Positions 17,567-27,616 are shown, counted from the first letter of the stretch. The stretch: DNA of 64,000 nucleotides from Thermoanaerobaculia bacterium (GCA_963666565.1 OY762911.1:4512001-4576000); one strand, 5' to 3'. Numbers and translations are program-made. Notes: a model not told the origin generated them from the letters alone.

Positions 17567-19642
17567 ATGACCGCGTCAGAGCCGCAGCCGGAAGCGACCC
17601 CCGCCCCGACCACGCGCCTGCAGAAGTGGCTGCTCGCGGCGCTGCTGCTGTGGGCGCTCGCCGCCCGGGTGCTCTTCAGTTGGCCAGACCCGACGATGAA
17701 CCGGCTCTGGGACGAGCGCTACAACGCCGGCAACGTCGCCACGGCGCTGGCGTTCGACCAGTGGCGGCCCCTCCGGACGCACTACCCGACGCTGTCCTAC
17801 ATGCCGCACACGGTCGTGCTCAAGCTGTACGAGGAAGCCCGTGCCCTGCCGCTGCTGGAAGACGCGCCGACGACGTTCGGCATCGCCCGCGACGGCCGCG
17901 CACACCTGACCCCGATCGCCGTGCGGGTCTGCCGCATCCTTCAGACGCTGGTGGGAACCGCCTCGCTGTTCGTCGTGTTCCTGATCGGACGGCGCCTCTT
18001 CGGCCCCTGGGTCGGCCTCGGGGCCGCCTTCCTGCTCGCGGTCGCTCCCTGGCACCTGCGCCAGTCCGGCGTGTTCAAGCCCGACATCATGCTCGTGCTG
18101 GCCGCGGTGCTGGCGCTGTACGCGATGCTCCGGGCGCGGCGCGCCCCTAGCGCCGGAAGCTACGCCGTAGCGGGCGCCCTGGTCGGCGCGACGGCGGCGG
18201 CCAAGTGGAACGGCGCCGCCCTGGCCCTGCCGCTGCTCGCCGCCCTCGTCCTGGGCGGCGTCTCCAGCCCCGGCCTGCTGCTCCGCCGCGCCGCGGCCGC
18301 GGCGGCGGCGGGCGCCGCCACGCTGCTGGCGCTGAACCCCTGGCTCGTCCTGGCGCCCGACCTCTACCGGCGCCACCTAGGCAACACCGTGAGCCACTAC
18401 CGGGAGCGGCTCGCCGAGGTCGGCGCGAGCCTCTTCGACCAGCCGCTCTCCGCCGTGACGAGTCTCGCCGGCGGCGTCTACTTCGGCCCGGTGCTGGGCG
18501 CGGCGGCCCTGCTCGGCCTGGCGTGGATGCTGGCGCTCGCCCTGCGCGCGGGGCGCGGCGTCGCGAGCGCGCTGCCGGGCACGGGACGAGGGGCCGCGGG
18601 CGAACCGCGCGGCGCGAGCGGCGGCGCCGCCGGCGCACTGCCAGACGCGGGCCGCGGCATCGCGGGCGGCGGCGCCACCGTCGCGGACGCGTGGATCCTC
18701 CTCGTCTTCTTCGGCGGCTACGTCGCTTCGCTGTGGGTCGTCACCCGCTACCCCAAGCCGCCGAACTGGCTGATCGTCGCCCCGGTCGTCGCTCTCGCCG
18801 GCGCCTGGTGCATCGGCCGGCTGCTCCAGGCCGCGCGTACGCTTCCCCGCGGGCCGATCCAGGCGACCGCCGTCGCCGTCCTGGCGCTCGCGGCGGGAGC
18901 CGCCGGACTCGACAAGGCCCGCTTCGTGCACGCCACCGTCTACGACACGAACGTGCCGCTGACCTCGGCCGCGGCGGCCCGGGCCGCGGGCAGCCCGAAG
19001 CCGCTGCGGGGCCGCACCATGTTCTCCGAACTGCCGCTCGGCAAACAGGACATCGACCCCCGCACCTGGGACGGCGCCTTCGTCCCCACGCTGATCCAGA
19101 CGGAAGACCTCGCCGCCGAAGCCAGCGCGGAACGCGACGCCGCCGACGTGCTGCTGTTCGGCGGCGCGCGGCTGGCGCCTGGAGAGGATCCGGTCTATCG
19201 CGAACTGGCGGCGCCCGATGGCGGCGTCGAGGTCCGGCGCTTCGACCCACGGCCGTTCCGGCTGCGCGGCGATTCGGTCGTCCTCGTCCGGCGTCCCTTC
19301 CTGGCCCTCGGCGGGCCGGAGGCGGCGCCCTTCGCCGCGGCCGGAGACGGCGTCCACGAGGTCGAGCCCGCCGCGCTGGAGGCCGGAGACGGCGATCCGG
19401 GGCCGGGGCGGCTCCTCGTTTCGCTCGAGGTCGCGGTGCGCGTGCCTGCGGCCGCGGCGGCCGACGTCGCCGTGGAGGTCGACGGCGTTCGCCTCCCCTG
19501 CCGCCACACCCAGAAGGGCCGCGCGCGCCGGCGCTGCCTGACGCCGCGCTTCGAGGCGCCGGAGTCGCCAGTACGGATCCTCGTCGAGCCGCCGCGCGAC
19601 GTGATCGACGTCACCGTCTTCCACTGGCGCCGGCCCGGCTGA
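17567..19642 (+). CDS. ArnT / GT39 family membrane glycosyltransferase
   Basis: WDE acidic loop after TM1, many TM helices, KPD and AAKWNG motifs. Confidence 0.75.
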   Translation: MTASEPQPEATPAPTTRLQKWLLAALLLWALAARVLFSWPDPTMNRLWDERYNAGNVATALAFDQWRPLRTHYPTLSYMPHTVVLKLYEEARALPLLEDAPTTFGIARDGRAHLTPIAVRVCRILQTLVGTASLFVVFLIGRRLFGPWVGLGAAFLLAVAPWHLRQSGVFKPDIMLVLAAVLALYAMLRARRAPSAGSYAVAGALVGATAAAKWNGAALALPLLAALVLGGVSSPGLLLRRAAAAAAAGAATLLALNPWLVLAPDLYRRHLGNTVSHYRERLAEVGASLFDQPLSAVTSLAGGVYFGPVLGAAALLGLAWMLALALRAGRGVASALPGTGRGAAGEPRGASGGAAGALPDAGRGIAGGGATVADAWILLVFFGGYVASLWVVTRYPKPPNWLIVAPVVALAGAWCIGRLLQAARTLPRGPIQATAVAVLALAAGAAGLDKARFVHATVYDTNVPLTSAAAARAAGSPKPLRGRTMFSELPLGKQDIDPRTWDGAFVPTLIQTEDLAAEASAERDAADVLLFGGARLAPGEDPVYRELAAPDGGVEVRRFDPRPFRLRGDSVVLVRRPFLALGGPEAAPFAAAGDGVHEVEPAALEAGDGDPGPGRLLVSLEVAVRVPAAAAADVAVEVDGVRLPCRHTQKGRARRRCLTPRFEAPESPVRILVEPPRDVIDVTVFHWRRPG

Positions 19643-19810
19643 ATCGAGCCGGCGGCAAGGTCGCCGCTTCGCGGCGCGTTCACTTCAGAAGCCGGCGGGG
19701 ACGCCGGCGCACCCGGTGCGCGGCCCCGTTCCCTGCGCGACAGCGCAGCCTTACGGCTGCGCACGCTCGTGGCCCCTTGCCGTCAGCCCCGTTCTGTGCA
19801 ACCATGCTCC

Positions 19811-19837
19811 TGCTGCAATGCAGCAAGCAGTGCAGCA
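19811..19837. promoter_or_regulatory. Palindromic operator TGCTGCA-A-TGCAGCA plus a second half-site (PhaR-box-like)
   Basis: Perfect 7-1-7 palindrome containing CTGC-N3-GCAG, 55 nt upstream of the WS/DGAT operon. Confidence 0.55.
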
Positions 19838-19879
19838 TAACCCTCCCCACTCGCGATCCGCCCCCGTTCTGGAGACGCC

Positions 19880-21478
19880 ATGGCCACGGAACTGAACCGA
19901 TTCCTGAGCCCCCTCGACGCCACGTTCCTCTACGTCGAGCGCCCCAACGAGACGATGCACATCGGCGGCTGCATGGTCTACGAAGGCGAGTTCTCGAAGG
20001 AGTACGTGATCGAACAGCTTGCCGCCCGCATGCACCTGCTGCCCCGCTACCGCCAGCGCGTGCTGTTCCCGCCCTTCCTCGTCTCGCATCCCGTCTGGGT
20101 CGACGACCCGGCCTTCGACCTGGAGAACCACGTCGAGGAAGTGTGGATCCCGGAAGACAGCGACCACCAGGTGCTCGGCCGCGCGGCCGCCGAGGCCTAC
20201 GGCGGCATGCTCGACCGCAACCGCCCGCTCTGGAAGGGCATCCTGCTGCGCGGCATCCCGGGGCACACCGCCATCGTCTGGAAGGTCCACCACGCGATGG
20301 TCGACGGCGTCTCCGGCGTCGATCTGTCCATGGTGCTGAGCGACTTCTCGCCCACCGACGAACTGCCGGCGCCGCCCGCCGAGACCTGGGCGCCGAAGCC
20401 CCTGCCCGACTCCCTGAGCCTGCTCCAGGAAGCGACGCAGCATCGTCTCGGGCAGCTCAACGAGTCCTGGACGAACGCCGCCTTCGACGCCATGCGCCCC
20501 AATCTGATGGCCGACCGCGCCCGGGAGCTGATGGCCGCCGGCGCCGCGACCCTGCCGGTCTCCTCGGCGCCCGCGCCGAGAACCGTCTTCAACCGGCCGG
20601 TGGGCAAGAAGCGGGGCTTCGCCTGGGCCCAGTTCTCCTTCCCGGCGATGCGGGCGGTCAAGTCGGCCCTGGGCGGCACGGTGAACGACGTCGTGCTCAC
20701 CGTGCTCGCCGGCGGCATCGGCCGCTACCTGCGCGAGCGCGGCCAGGACACGAGCCGGCTCGAACTGCGCGCCATGTGCCCCGTCAGCATGCGCGAGCAG
20801 GACGAACGCGGCCAGCTCGGCAACCTCGTCTCCAACATGATCGCCCCCCTGTTCGTCGGCGTCGACGACCCGGTCGAGCGGCTGGGCCGCCAACGCGACG
20901 CGATGAACAAGCTGAAGGAGGCCGGACAGGCGAAGGCCCTCTACCAGATGACCCGGTTCGGCGACCGGGTGCCGCCGCTGATGGCCGCGGCCGCCGCCAC
21001 GATGCCCTTCTCCCAGACCCTGTTCAACACGGTGTCGACGAACGTGCCCGGCCCGATGATCCCGCTCTACTTCGGGCCCCACAAGCTGGTCGACTGGCTG
21101 CCGCTCGGCATCGTCTCGAACAACATCGGGCTGTTCGTCGCCATCCTGAGCTACAACCAGCGCATCACCCTGGGCATGACGGTGGACGGGAAACTGATCC
21201 CGGACCCGTGGTTCCTCGCCGAGTGCCTGGAGGAGTCCTACGCGGAACTGCGCCAGACGGCCGGCATCGAGGAAGACGAGCCGACCGGCGCCCGCTGCTT
21301 CGCGGCCGCCGCGCCGCCGGCCCCCGCCGAGGCGGCCGAGACGGCCGAAGCGGCCGAGCCTGAAGAAGCGCCGGCCGAGGCGCCCGGAACGGCCGAAGCG
21401 GCGCCGGAACCCGCCACCGGCGCCGAGCCGCGCGCGGCCGCCGACTCCGGCGACGGCGCCCTGCGAGGAGTCGCCTGA
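19880..21478 (+). CDS. Wax ester / triacylglycerol synthase (WS/DGAT) O-acyltransferase
   Basis: LSPLDATFL..E...MHIG, LDRNRPLW, HHAMVDG, TVNDVVL and TNVPGP motifs. Confidence 0.92.
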   Translation: MATELNRFLSPLDATFLYVERPNETMHIGGCMVYEGEFSKEYVIEQLAARMHLLPRYRQRVLFPPFLVSHPVWVDDPAFDLENHVEEVWIPEDSDHQVLGRAAAEAYGGMLDRNRPLWKGILLRGIPGHTAIVWKVHHAMVDGVSGVDLSMVLSDFSPTDELPAPPAETWAPKPLPDSLSLLQEATQHRLGQLNESWTNAAFDAMRPNLMADRARELMAAGAATLPVSSAPAPRTVFNRPVGKKRGFAWAQFSFPAMRAVKSALGGTVNDVVLTVLAGGIGRYLRERGQDTSRLELRAMCPVSMREQDERGQLGNLVSNMIAPLFVGVDDPVERLGRQRDAMNKLKEAGQAKALYQMTRFGDRVPPLMAAAAATMPFSQTLFNTVSTNVPGPMIPLYFGPHKLVDWLPLGIVSNNIGLFVAILSYNQRITLGMTVDGKLIPDPWFLAECLEESYAELRQTAGIEEDEPTGARCFAAAAPPAPAEAAETAEAAEPEEAPAEAPGTAEAAPEPATGAEPRAAADSGDGALRGVA

Positions 21479-22389
21479 TGACGGCATCGGCACGGCGCCG
21501 GCCAACCGGCCCGATCTGGAGCGCGAACCCGCGCCTCCTGCGGGACTCGGTGCCGGCCGCCCTGCCGCTGTGGCGCGAGGCGTTCGCGGCCGCCGAGTTC
21601 TCGCTGCTGCCGTTCACGCCGATCTTCCACGGCATCGGCGCGGCACGCGGAGACGGCGCCGCGGTGATCGTGGTTCCCGGCTTCACCGGCACCGACGGCT
21701 ACCTGGCGCCGATGCGCGGCTGGCTCCGCCGCATCGGCTACCGGCCCTTCCGCTCCGGCGTCGGCCACAACGCGGACTGCCTCGACCGGCTCGGCAGCCG
21801 GCTGACCGGCACGCTCCAGGGCGCAGCGGACGAGACGGGACGGCGCGTCCATCTCGTCGGCCACAGCCTGGGCGGCATGCTGTCCCGCGGCGTCGCGGGC
21901 CTCCGTCCCGACCTGGTCGCGTCCGTCACCACGATGGGCTCGCCCATCCGCGGCGTCCGCTCGCATCCCCTGGTGATGCGGATGGCGGAGGCCGTGCGCC
22001 GCCGCGTCGTTGCCCAGGACGCCGACCGCGACCCCGGCTGCTTCTCGGGAGATTGCCGCTGCGACATCGTGCGCGCGGTGCAGAGTCCGTTCCCGGACGG
22101 CGTTCCGCAGCTCGCCATCTTCACCCGGCGGGACGGCGTCGTCGCCTGGCGCTACACCCGGCTGCACGATCCCTCGCAGAACCGGGAAGTGCCCGGCACC
22201 CACTCCGGCCTGGCCGCCAATCCGCTTGCCTACTATCACCTCGCCCGCTTCCTGAAGCGTCATCCGAGCCCCGGGCTCAGGCCGTCCGACGCCGCGCTTC
22301 CGGTTCCGCTGACGACGCCGAAGCGGACCTCCCGGGTTCGGCCGGCGCCTGCGCCCGAAGCGGAGAACGGCCGGGAGTCCGCGTCGTGA
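21478..22389 (+). CDS. Alpha/beta hydrolase (lipase / esterase)
   Basis: VPGF oxyanion motif, GHSLGG, DGVV and THSGL triad. Confidence 0.85.
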   Translation: MTASARRRPTGPIWSANPRLLRDSVPAALPLWREAFAAAEFSLLPFTPIFHGIGAARGDGAAVIVVPGFTGTDGYLAPMRGWLRRIGYRPFRSGVGHNADCLDRLGSRLTGTLQGAADETGRRVHLVGHSLGGMLSRGVAGLRPDLVASVTTMGSPIRGVRSHPLVMRMAEAVRRRVVAQDADRDPGCFSGDCRCDIVRAVQSPFPDGVPQLAIFTRRDGVVAWRYTRLHDPSQNREVPGTHSGLAANPLAYYHLARFLKRHPSPGLRPSDAALPVPLTTPKRTSRVRPAPAPEAENGRESAS

Positions 22390-23783
22390 CCGCCGCCAAC
22401 GCGCCGCTCCAGGCGGACCAGGCAGTCCTCTGGAACCTGGAACGCCGCAGCCCCGGATTGCACGTCGCGGGCCTCGCGCTGGTGGACGGCGAGGTCGACC
22501 GGCGGGAACTCCTCCGCTGGATGACCCGGCTCCGCCGGCTCCCCCGCTTCGGCCTGCGCGTCGAGGCGCCGCCCTACGGCACGCCCCGCTGGCGCCCGGC
22601 CCCGTTCGAGCTCGAGGACCATCTCCACGTCGTGTCGAACGGCGACCCGGCGGCCGCGCTCGACGAAGCCCTGAGCAGGCCGCTCGATCCCGGCCGGCCG
22701 CTGTGGGAGCTCCACCTGGCGCCCGGCTACCACGACGGCGGCGACGCGCTGCTGGTGAAGTCCCACCTCATCGCGGTCGACGGCCTGGCGACGGGCGACC
22801 TGTTCCACGCCCTCTTCGCGAGCGGCACGGAAGTCGACGAGATGGAAGCCGCCGAACCGGCCGCCAACGGCGCCGGGACCGCCGCCGGATCGCTGCCGGC
22901 GGAGTGGGTCGAGAACTGGACCCGGACCGGCCAGGACCTGTTCGCGGGCCTCCGGCAGTTCGCCTCGGAGGACACCCGCACCGCCTTCCTGACCCTGAGC
23001 GAGACGATGCCCGACATCGGCCTCCCTCCGCTGCCCCTGCCGTTCAACCGGAAGCTGAGCGGGCGGCGACGCCTGATCCGGGCCGCCTTCCCCTACCACG
23101 ACATCCGTTCCATCCGCGCCCGGCTGGGCGGCACGCTCTCCGACGTCGTCGTCGCCCTGGCCGGCGGCGCGCTGGAGCGGTACCTGGGCGGCAGGGGAGC
23201 GTCGGTCCGCGGCCGCAGCCTGCGCGTCGCCCTGGCCACCGACCTCCCCGAGCGCGGCGGCAAGCGGCGGAGCCTGCTGCCCGTCGAGGTTCCCCTCGGG
23301 ATCGGCGCCGCCGAGCGGCTGCGTTCCGTTCATCAACTCGCGCGCCTGCTGCGCGCCGCCCGGGTTGCCGACGCACTGTCCCGCCTGACCGGCATGCAGC
23401 GGGCCGCGGGTCCGCTGGCCGCCGCCGCGCTCGCGACGACATCCTCCGTCCGGCCGCCCTTCCACCTCACCGTGGCCAACGCGAACGGCCCCCAGATCCC
23501 GCAGTTCCTGGCCGGCCGCCCCCTCGCCGGCTACACGCCGTCCTGGCCGGTCGGCCTGGGCCAGGGCCTCTCCTGCGCGTTCTTCGCCTACAACCAATCG
23601 CTGCACGTCGGTCTCACCGTGGACGAGGGCGCCTGCCCCGACGCCGGCACGCTGCCGCGCCTGCTCGCGGAGTCGTTCGACGAACTCCGCCGGGCAGCCG
23701 ACAGCGCGCCTCGCCGCCGGGCGCGCCGCGCTCCGTTCGCGGACCGAACCGCCGCAGTTCCACAGCCCGAGGAGACCCCATGA
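22386..23783 (+). CDS. WS/DGAT paralog with a degenerate active site
   Basis: LDPGRPLWE, HLIAVDG (vs HHxxxDG), GGTLSDVVV and NANGP motifs. The GTG start overlaps the upstream TGA. Confidence 0.8.
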   Translation: MTAANAPLQADQAVLWNLERRSPGLHVAGLALVDGEVDRRELLRWMTRLRRLPRFGLRVEAPPYGTPRWRPAPFELEDHLHVVSNGDPAAALDEALSRPLDPGRPLWELHLAPGYHDGGDALLVKSHLIAVDGLATGDLFHALFASGTEVDEMEAAEPAANGAGTAAGSLPAEWVENWTRTGQDLFAGLRQFASEDTRTAFLTLSETMPDIGLPPLPLPFNRKLSGRRRLIRAAFPYHDIRSIRARLGGTLSDVVVALAGGALERYLGGRGASVRGRSLRVALATDLPERGGKRRSLLPVEVPLGIGAAERLRSVHQLARLLRAARVADALSRLTGMQRAAGPLAAAALATTSSVRPPFHLTVANANGPQIPQFLAGRPLAGYTPSWPVGLGQGLSCAFFAYNQSLHVGLTVDEGACPDAGTLPRLLAESFDELRRAADSAPRRRARRAPFADRTAAVPQPEETP

Positions 23784-24160
23784 ACCGAGCGAACATCCCC
23801 AGACAGGCGCTCGACTTCCAGAAGCAGATTCTGGACTTCCAGAGAACCGCGTTCGAGAACGGCTACGACGCGATCGTCGCCCTCCAGCAGCGCCAGCTCG
23901 AACTCGCCGACCGGATGATGAACCAGGCGCCGAACCTCCCCGACGAGGCCCGCGAGCTGATCCGAACCTGGCGCGACGCCGCCGAGGAGAGTCAGCGCCA
24001 GTTCAAGACCACGGTCGACGGCTCGTTCGACGCCGTGACGGCCTACCTCGACCGCCTCGCCGGCGACTCCGGCGCGCCCGCCGCGCCCGCCGCGCCGAGC
24101 GATGAGCCGGCCGACCAGGCCTCGACCGAACCCCAGGCCCAAGAGGAGGCAGCCCAGTGA
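23780..24160 (+). CDS. Phasin-like amphipathic helical protein
   Basis: QILDFQRTAFENGYDAIVALQ and LPDEARELIRTW helical pattern; GAGGAG SD; sits in a lipid operon. Confidence 0.55.
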   Translation: MNRANIPRQALDFQKQILDFQRTAFENGYDAIVALQQRQLELADRMMNQAPNLPDEARELIRTWRDAAEESQRQFKTTVDGSFDAVTAYLDRLAGDSGAPAAPAAPSDEPADQASTEPQAQEEAAQ

Positions 24161-24726
24161 ACGACATGGCGACCCGGTACCCGCGGACGGTCCGCCTCAA
24201 GAACCAGTCCTTCCAGTTCAGCCTCCTGAGACAGGAAGACCGCGATCACGTGCTCGCCTTCGCGCGCGCGCTGCCGGAAGAGGACCTCCGGTTCCTCCGC
24301 GTCGACATGACGGATCCGAAGGTAGTCGACAACTGGGTCGAAGGCGCGATGGCCGGCACCCGCGTCGCCGTGCTCGCCCTGAACGGCGACCGCGTCGTCG
24401 GCTACGGCAGCCTGAACCGGCGCGAGTCGTCCTGGATGAGGCACCTAGGCGAGATCCGGATCATGGTGCTGCCCGAGGTCCGCCAACTCGGCCTCGGCGG
24501 TCACCTGGCGCACGACGTCTTCAACCTCGCCCAGCAGATCGGGCTGACCAAGATCGTCGCCCAGATGGCCCGCGAACAGCGCGGCGCCCGTCAGATGTTC
24601 CAGAACCTGGGCTTCTCGGTGGAGGCCCTGCTGGCCGACTGGGTGATCGACCCGAACGACGCCACGCACGACCTGATCCTCATGTCGTACGACGTAACGG
24701 GGCTGGAGGCCGGGGCGGGAGCGTAG
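24157..24726 (+). CDS. GNAT family N-acetyltransferase
   Basis: VVGYGSL, VRQLGLGGHL acetyl-CoA motif and FQNLGF. Confidence 0.85.
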   Translation: MNDMATRYPRTVRLKNQSFQFSLLRQEDRDHVLAFARALPEEDLRFLRVDMTDPKVVDNWVEGAMAGTRVAVLALNGDRVVGYGSLNRRESSWMRHLGEIRIMVLPEVRQLGLGGHLAHDVFNLAQQIGLTKIVAQMAREQRGARQMFQNLGFSVEALLADWVIDPNDATHDLILMSYDVTGLEAGAGA

Positions 24727-24790
24727 GCCCGCGAATAGCGCAACAGCCGATCTTCCCCCGGGTCTCGAAGCTGCCGGCGCGCGGGTGCCG

Positions 24791-24820
24791 GGTACGCGGG
24801 CCTTCTGGCCCGCTGCCGCC
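24791..24820 (+). repeat. Degenerate REP-like element
   Basis: GCGGGCC-TTCT-GGCCCGC, a compensatory variant of the first REP stem. Confidence 0.6.
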
Positions 24821-24841
24821 GGGAAACTCAGCCGGAATCCG

Positions 24842-25342
24842 TCTTGGTCCATAGAGCCGCGTGGTCGGCTCGCGACGGTCCGCGCGACGCCGCGCGGCCG
24901 GCGTCTCATGTACCATCGTCCCGTTGCCGCGGTTTCCCCGCGCGGGGTGACTGCCGACGGGAGAAACGGAACGACGGCAACGGAATCGAAGACCGGGAGC
25001 ACCTCCTTCTTGACCGAATCGGACGCGGCAGCGCGGCTTGAAGCGATACGTCGCGAGATGCGCGCCGAGCGCGCCCGGGACCACGCCGAGTTGCGCGGCG
25101 AGATGGGCGAGCTGCGTGCCGAACTGCGCGGCGAGATGGGCGAACTCCGCGACGAACTGCGCGGAGAGATGAGCGAACTGCGCGGCGAACTCCGCGGAGA
25201 GATGGGCGAACTCCGCGACGAGATTCGCGGCGACATGGAGAAGCTGCGCGCCGACCTGACCTGGCGCATGCTGCTGGTGGTGGGGGCCCTGCTGGCTGCC
25301 GCGACGGCGCTGGATCGGCTGCTGCTGGCCTGACCGTCACGG
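24842..25342 (+). repeat. Direct-repeat cassette copy 1 (promoter + hairpin leader + coiled-coil gene)
   Basis: Highly similar to 27617-28106 and 38889-39308. Confidence 0.9.
24971..25333 (+). CDS. DUF1640 / CCDC90-like coiled-coil protein with C-terminal TM helix, copy 1 (120 aa from ACG; alternative TTG at 25010)
   Basis: ELRGEMG / ELRAELRGEMG repeats followed by TWRMLLVVGALLAAA. Confidence 0.65.
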   Translation, partial: TTATESKTGSTSFLTESDAAARLEAIRREMRAERARDHAELRGEMGELRAELRGEMGELRDELRGEMSELRGELRGEMGELRDEIRGDMEKLRADLTWRMLLVVGALLAAATALDRLLLA

Positions 25343-25369
25343 CGCCGCCGCGCCGACCTTGCGCACGGC

Positions 25370-25591
25370 TCAATCGGTACTCGGTTTCGACCCTGTGGGC
25401 GGCCGCAAGCCGGTGCCGAGGCCGCCGAACCACAGCTTGAACATCTCCTGCGGGTCGGCGTACTTCAGGTTGGCCGCCATGCGGTCGCGGAACTTCTCCA
25501 GCATCTCGTTCTGGATGCCGGCCAGATCGGGGAGGCCCAGGAAGGCCCGCGCTTCTTCGGGGGTGCAGTCGATGTCGAGCTTGATCTTCAC
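25370..25591 (-). CDS. DUF6489-like small protein
   Basis: KIKLDIDCTPEEARAFLGLPDL signature; GGGAGA SD. Confidence 0.75.
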   Translation of the reverse strand: MKIKLDIDCTPEEARAFLGLPDLAGIQNEMLEKFRDRMAANLKYADPQEMFKLWFGGLGTGLRPPTGSKPSTD

Positions 25592-25739
25592 GGGTTCTCC
25601 CTTCGCGCAACGGGTTGCAGGTCACGGGGACGGGCCGCCGCCGACCTGCCGGCCGAGCGTCTGCGCCGCGGACGGCGACTAGCATACGACCCGAACGCCG
25701 GGCCGCCTGCCCCGACGTTGAACCGAGAGGAGACGAAGC

Positions 25740-27536
25740 ATGAACCGGAGTCGCGCCACGCCGGGTCTACCGGGCCTGGTCTTGCTCGCCTGCCTGCTCG
25801 GGCCTGCCGGCGGGCTCCTGGCCCAGCCGCCCGCCACGGTCATCCAGGGCGCGCGCGTGTTCACTGGCGACGACGTGCTCGAAGAGGCGACCGTCCTGAT
25901 CCGCGGCCGCACGATCGAGTCAGTCACTCTGGACGCCCACGTTCCGGCAGGCGCCGGCGCCGACGCGGAGATCGTCGACGGCGCCGGCATGACCCTGCTG
26001 CCGGGGCTGATCGACAGCCATACGCACAACTTCGGACCGTCGCTCCAGCAGGCGCTGAACTTCGGCGTCACCACCGTTCTCGACATGCTCACCGGTGAGA
26101 ACATGGCTTCCCAGTGGCGCCGGCAGCAGGCCGCGGGCGCGGTTCCGGAGCGAGCCGACGTGTTCGCGGGCGGGGGCGTGACCGTGGCTGGCGGGCACGG
26201 CACGCAGTTCGGCATCTCGCTGACGACCCTGGACGATCCGGAGCGGACGGAGACCTTCATCGCCGATCGGGCCGCCGCCGGCGCCGACTTCATCAAGGTG
26301 ATCTACGAGCCGGGAATGGAAGGGCGGCCGTTGCCGACCTTGGCCGTCTCGACCCTGCCCCGTATCGTGGCCGCCGCTCGCACTCACGACCTTCTCGCTG
26401 TCTTCCACATCAGCACGGCGGAGGCGGCCGGGGAGGCCATCGCCGCGGGCGCCGATGGCCTGGCCCACATGTACTTCGACGGCGCGGGCGGCCAGGAACT
26501 CATCGAAGCGGCCCGCAATGCCGGGATCTTCGTCGTCCCGACGCTCGCGGTGCTCGAAACGGTCACCGGGACCGGCGGCGGCCGCGAGTTGGCGGCGGAT
26601 CCGCCGATCGCGCCGTTTCTCACGCCCGAGCAGCGGGGCGGTCTGGACCAGGACTTCGGCCAGGCGCCGGACCCCGAGGCAATGGCGACAATCCTGGCCG
26701 ACGTCGGCGCGCTGCACGCCGCCGGAGTGCCGATTCTGGCCGGCTCGGACGCACCGAATCCGGGCACCGCGCACGGCGCGAGCGTCCACCGCGAACTGGA
26801 GCTGCTCGTCCGCGCCGGTCTGACTCCCGTCGAGGCTCTGCGGGCCGCAACCGCCGTGCCCGCCGACACGTTCGGGCTGGACGACCGCGGCCGCATCGCG
26901 CCCGGCTTCAAGGCGGACCTCCTGCTGGTTCGCGGCGACGCGACCGCCGACGTGCTCGCGACCCGCGACATCGCGGCGATCTGGAAGGACGGAACGCGCT
27001 TCGAGCGCCAGACCGCCGAACTCCCGACCGACCGACCGCGTCTGGAACCCGCCCTGCTCGACGACTTCGAGGGCCTGGGCGCCGGCGCCCTGCCCCCCAA
27101 GTGGTCGCACTCGACCGACGCACTTGCCGGCGGCAAGTCGACGGTGACGAGCGTCGCGGCGCCCCGCGACGAGGGCGGCAGCGCGCTCCGGATCGAGGGC
27201 GAGATCAAGGAGGGCTTCGCCTTCCCGTGGTCCGGGGTCATGGTCCTGCTCGGTTCTCAGTTCAACGACCCCTTCGACGCCGGCGGTATCCGCGCCCTGG
27301 CCTTCGAGGCCCGTGGCGAGGGCGCGACCTACCAGGCGATGGCGTTCGCCGAGAGCCTGGGAATGCGGCCGGCGGCCGCGGCCTTCGAGGCCGGCGAAGA
27401 TTGGCGCCGGGTGGAGATTCCGCTGTCGTCGTTCCGCGGTCTCGACCCTTCGGGCGTCTGGGCGTTCTTCATCGGCGGCCCCACCGAGCACGGCGCCTTC
27501 TGGCTCGAGATCGACAACGTCGAGCTGGTCGAGTAG
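25740..27536 (+). CDS. Secreted amidohydrolase with C-terminal CIA30 / carbohydrate-binding-like domain
   Basis: Signal peptide, PGLIDSHTH, GVTTVLDM, AGSDAPN and GRIAPGFKADL motifs, then a beta-sandwich C-domain. Confidence 0.85.
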   Translation: MNRSRATPGLPGLVLLACLLGPAGGLLAQPPATVIQGARVFTGDDVLEEATVLIRGRTIESVTLDAHVPAGAGADAEIVDGAGMTLLPGLIDSHTHNFGPSLQQALNFGVTTVLDMLTGENMASQWRRQQAAGAVPERADVFAGGGVTVAGGHGTQFGISLTTLDDPERTETFIADRAAAGADFIKVIYEPGMEGRPLPTLAVSTLPRIVAAARTHDLLAVFHISTAEAAGEAIAAGADGLAHMYFDGAGGQELIEAARNAGIFVVPTLAVLETVTGTGGGRELAADPPIAPFLTPEQRGGLDQDFGQAPDPEAMATILADVGALHAAGVPILAGSDAPNPGTAHGASVHRELELLVRAGLTPVEALRAATAVPADTFGLDDRGRIAPGFKADLLLVRGDATADVLATRDIAAIWKDGTRFERQTAELPTDRPRLEPALLDDFEGLGAGALPPKWSHSTDALAGGKSTVTSVAAPRDEGGSALRIEGEIKEGFAFPWSGVMVLLGSQFNDPFDAGGIRALAFEARGEGATYQAMAFAESLGMRPAAAAFEAGEDWRRVEIPLSSFRGLDPSGVWAFFIGGPTEHGAFWLEIDNVELVE

Positions 27537-27616
27537 CGGCCGGCGCGCGGAGCGACGACCCCGGAGACCGGAAGCAGGCAATAGCGCCCGCATTCACAGG
27601 GCGGCTGCCGGGCGTT

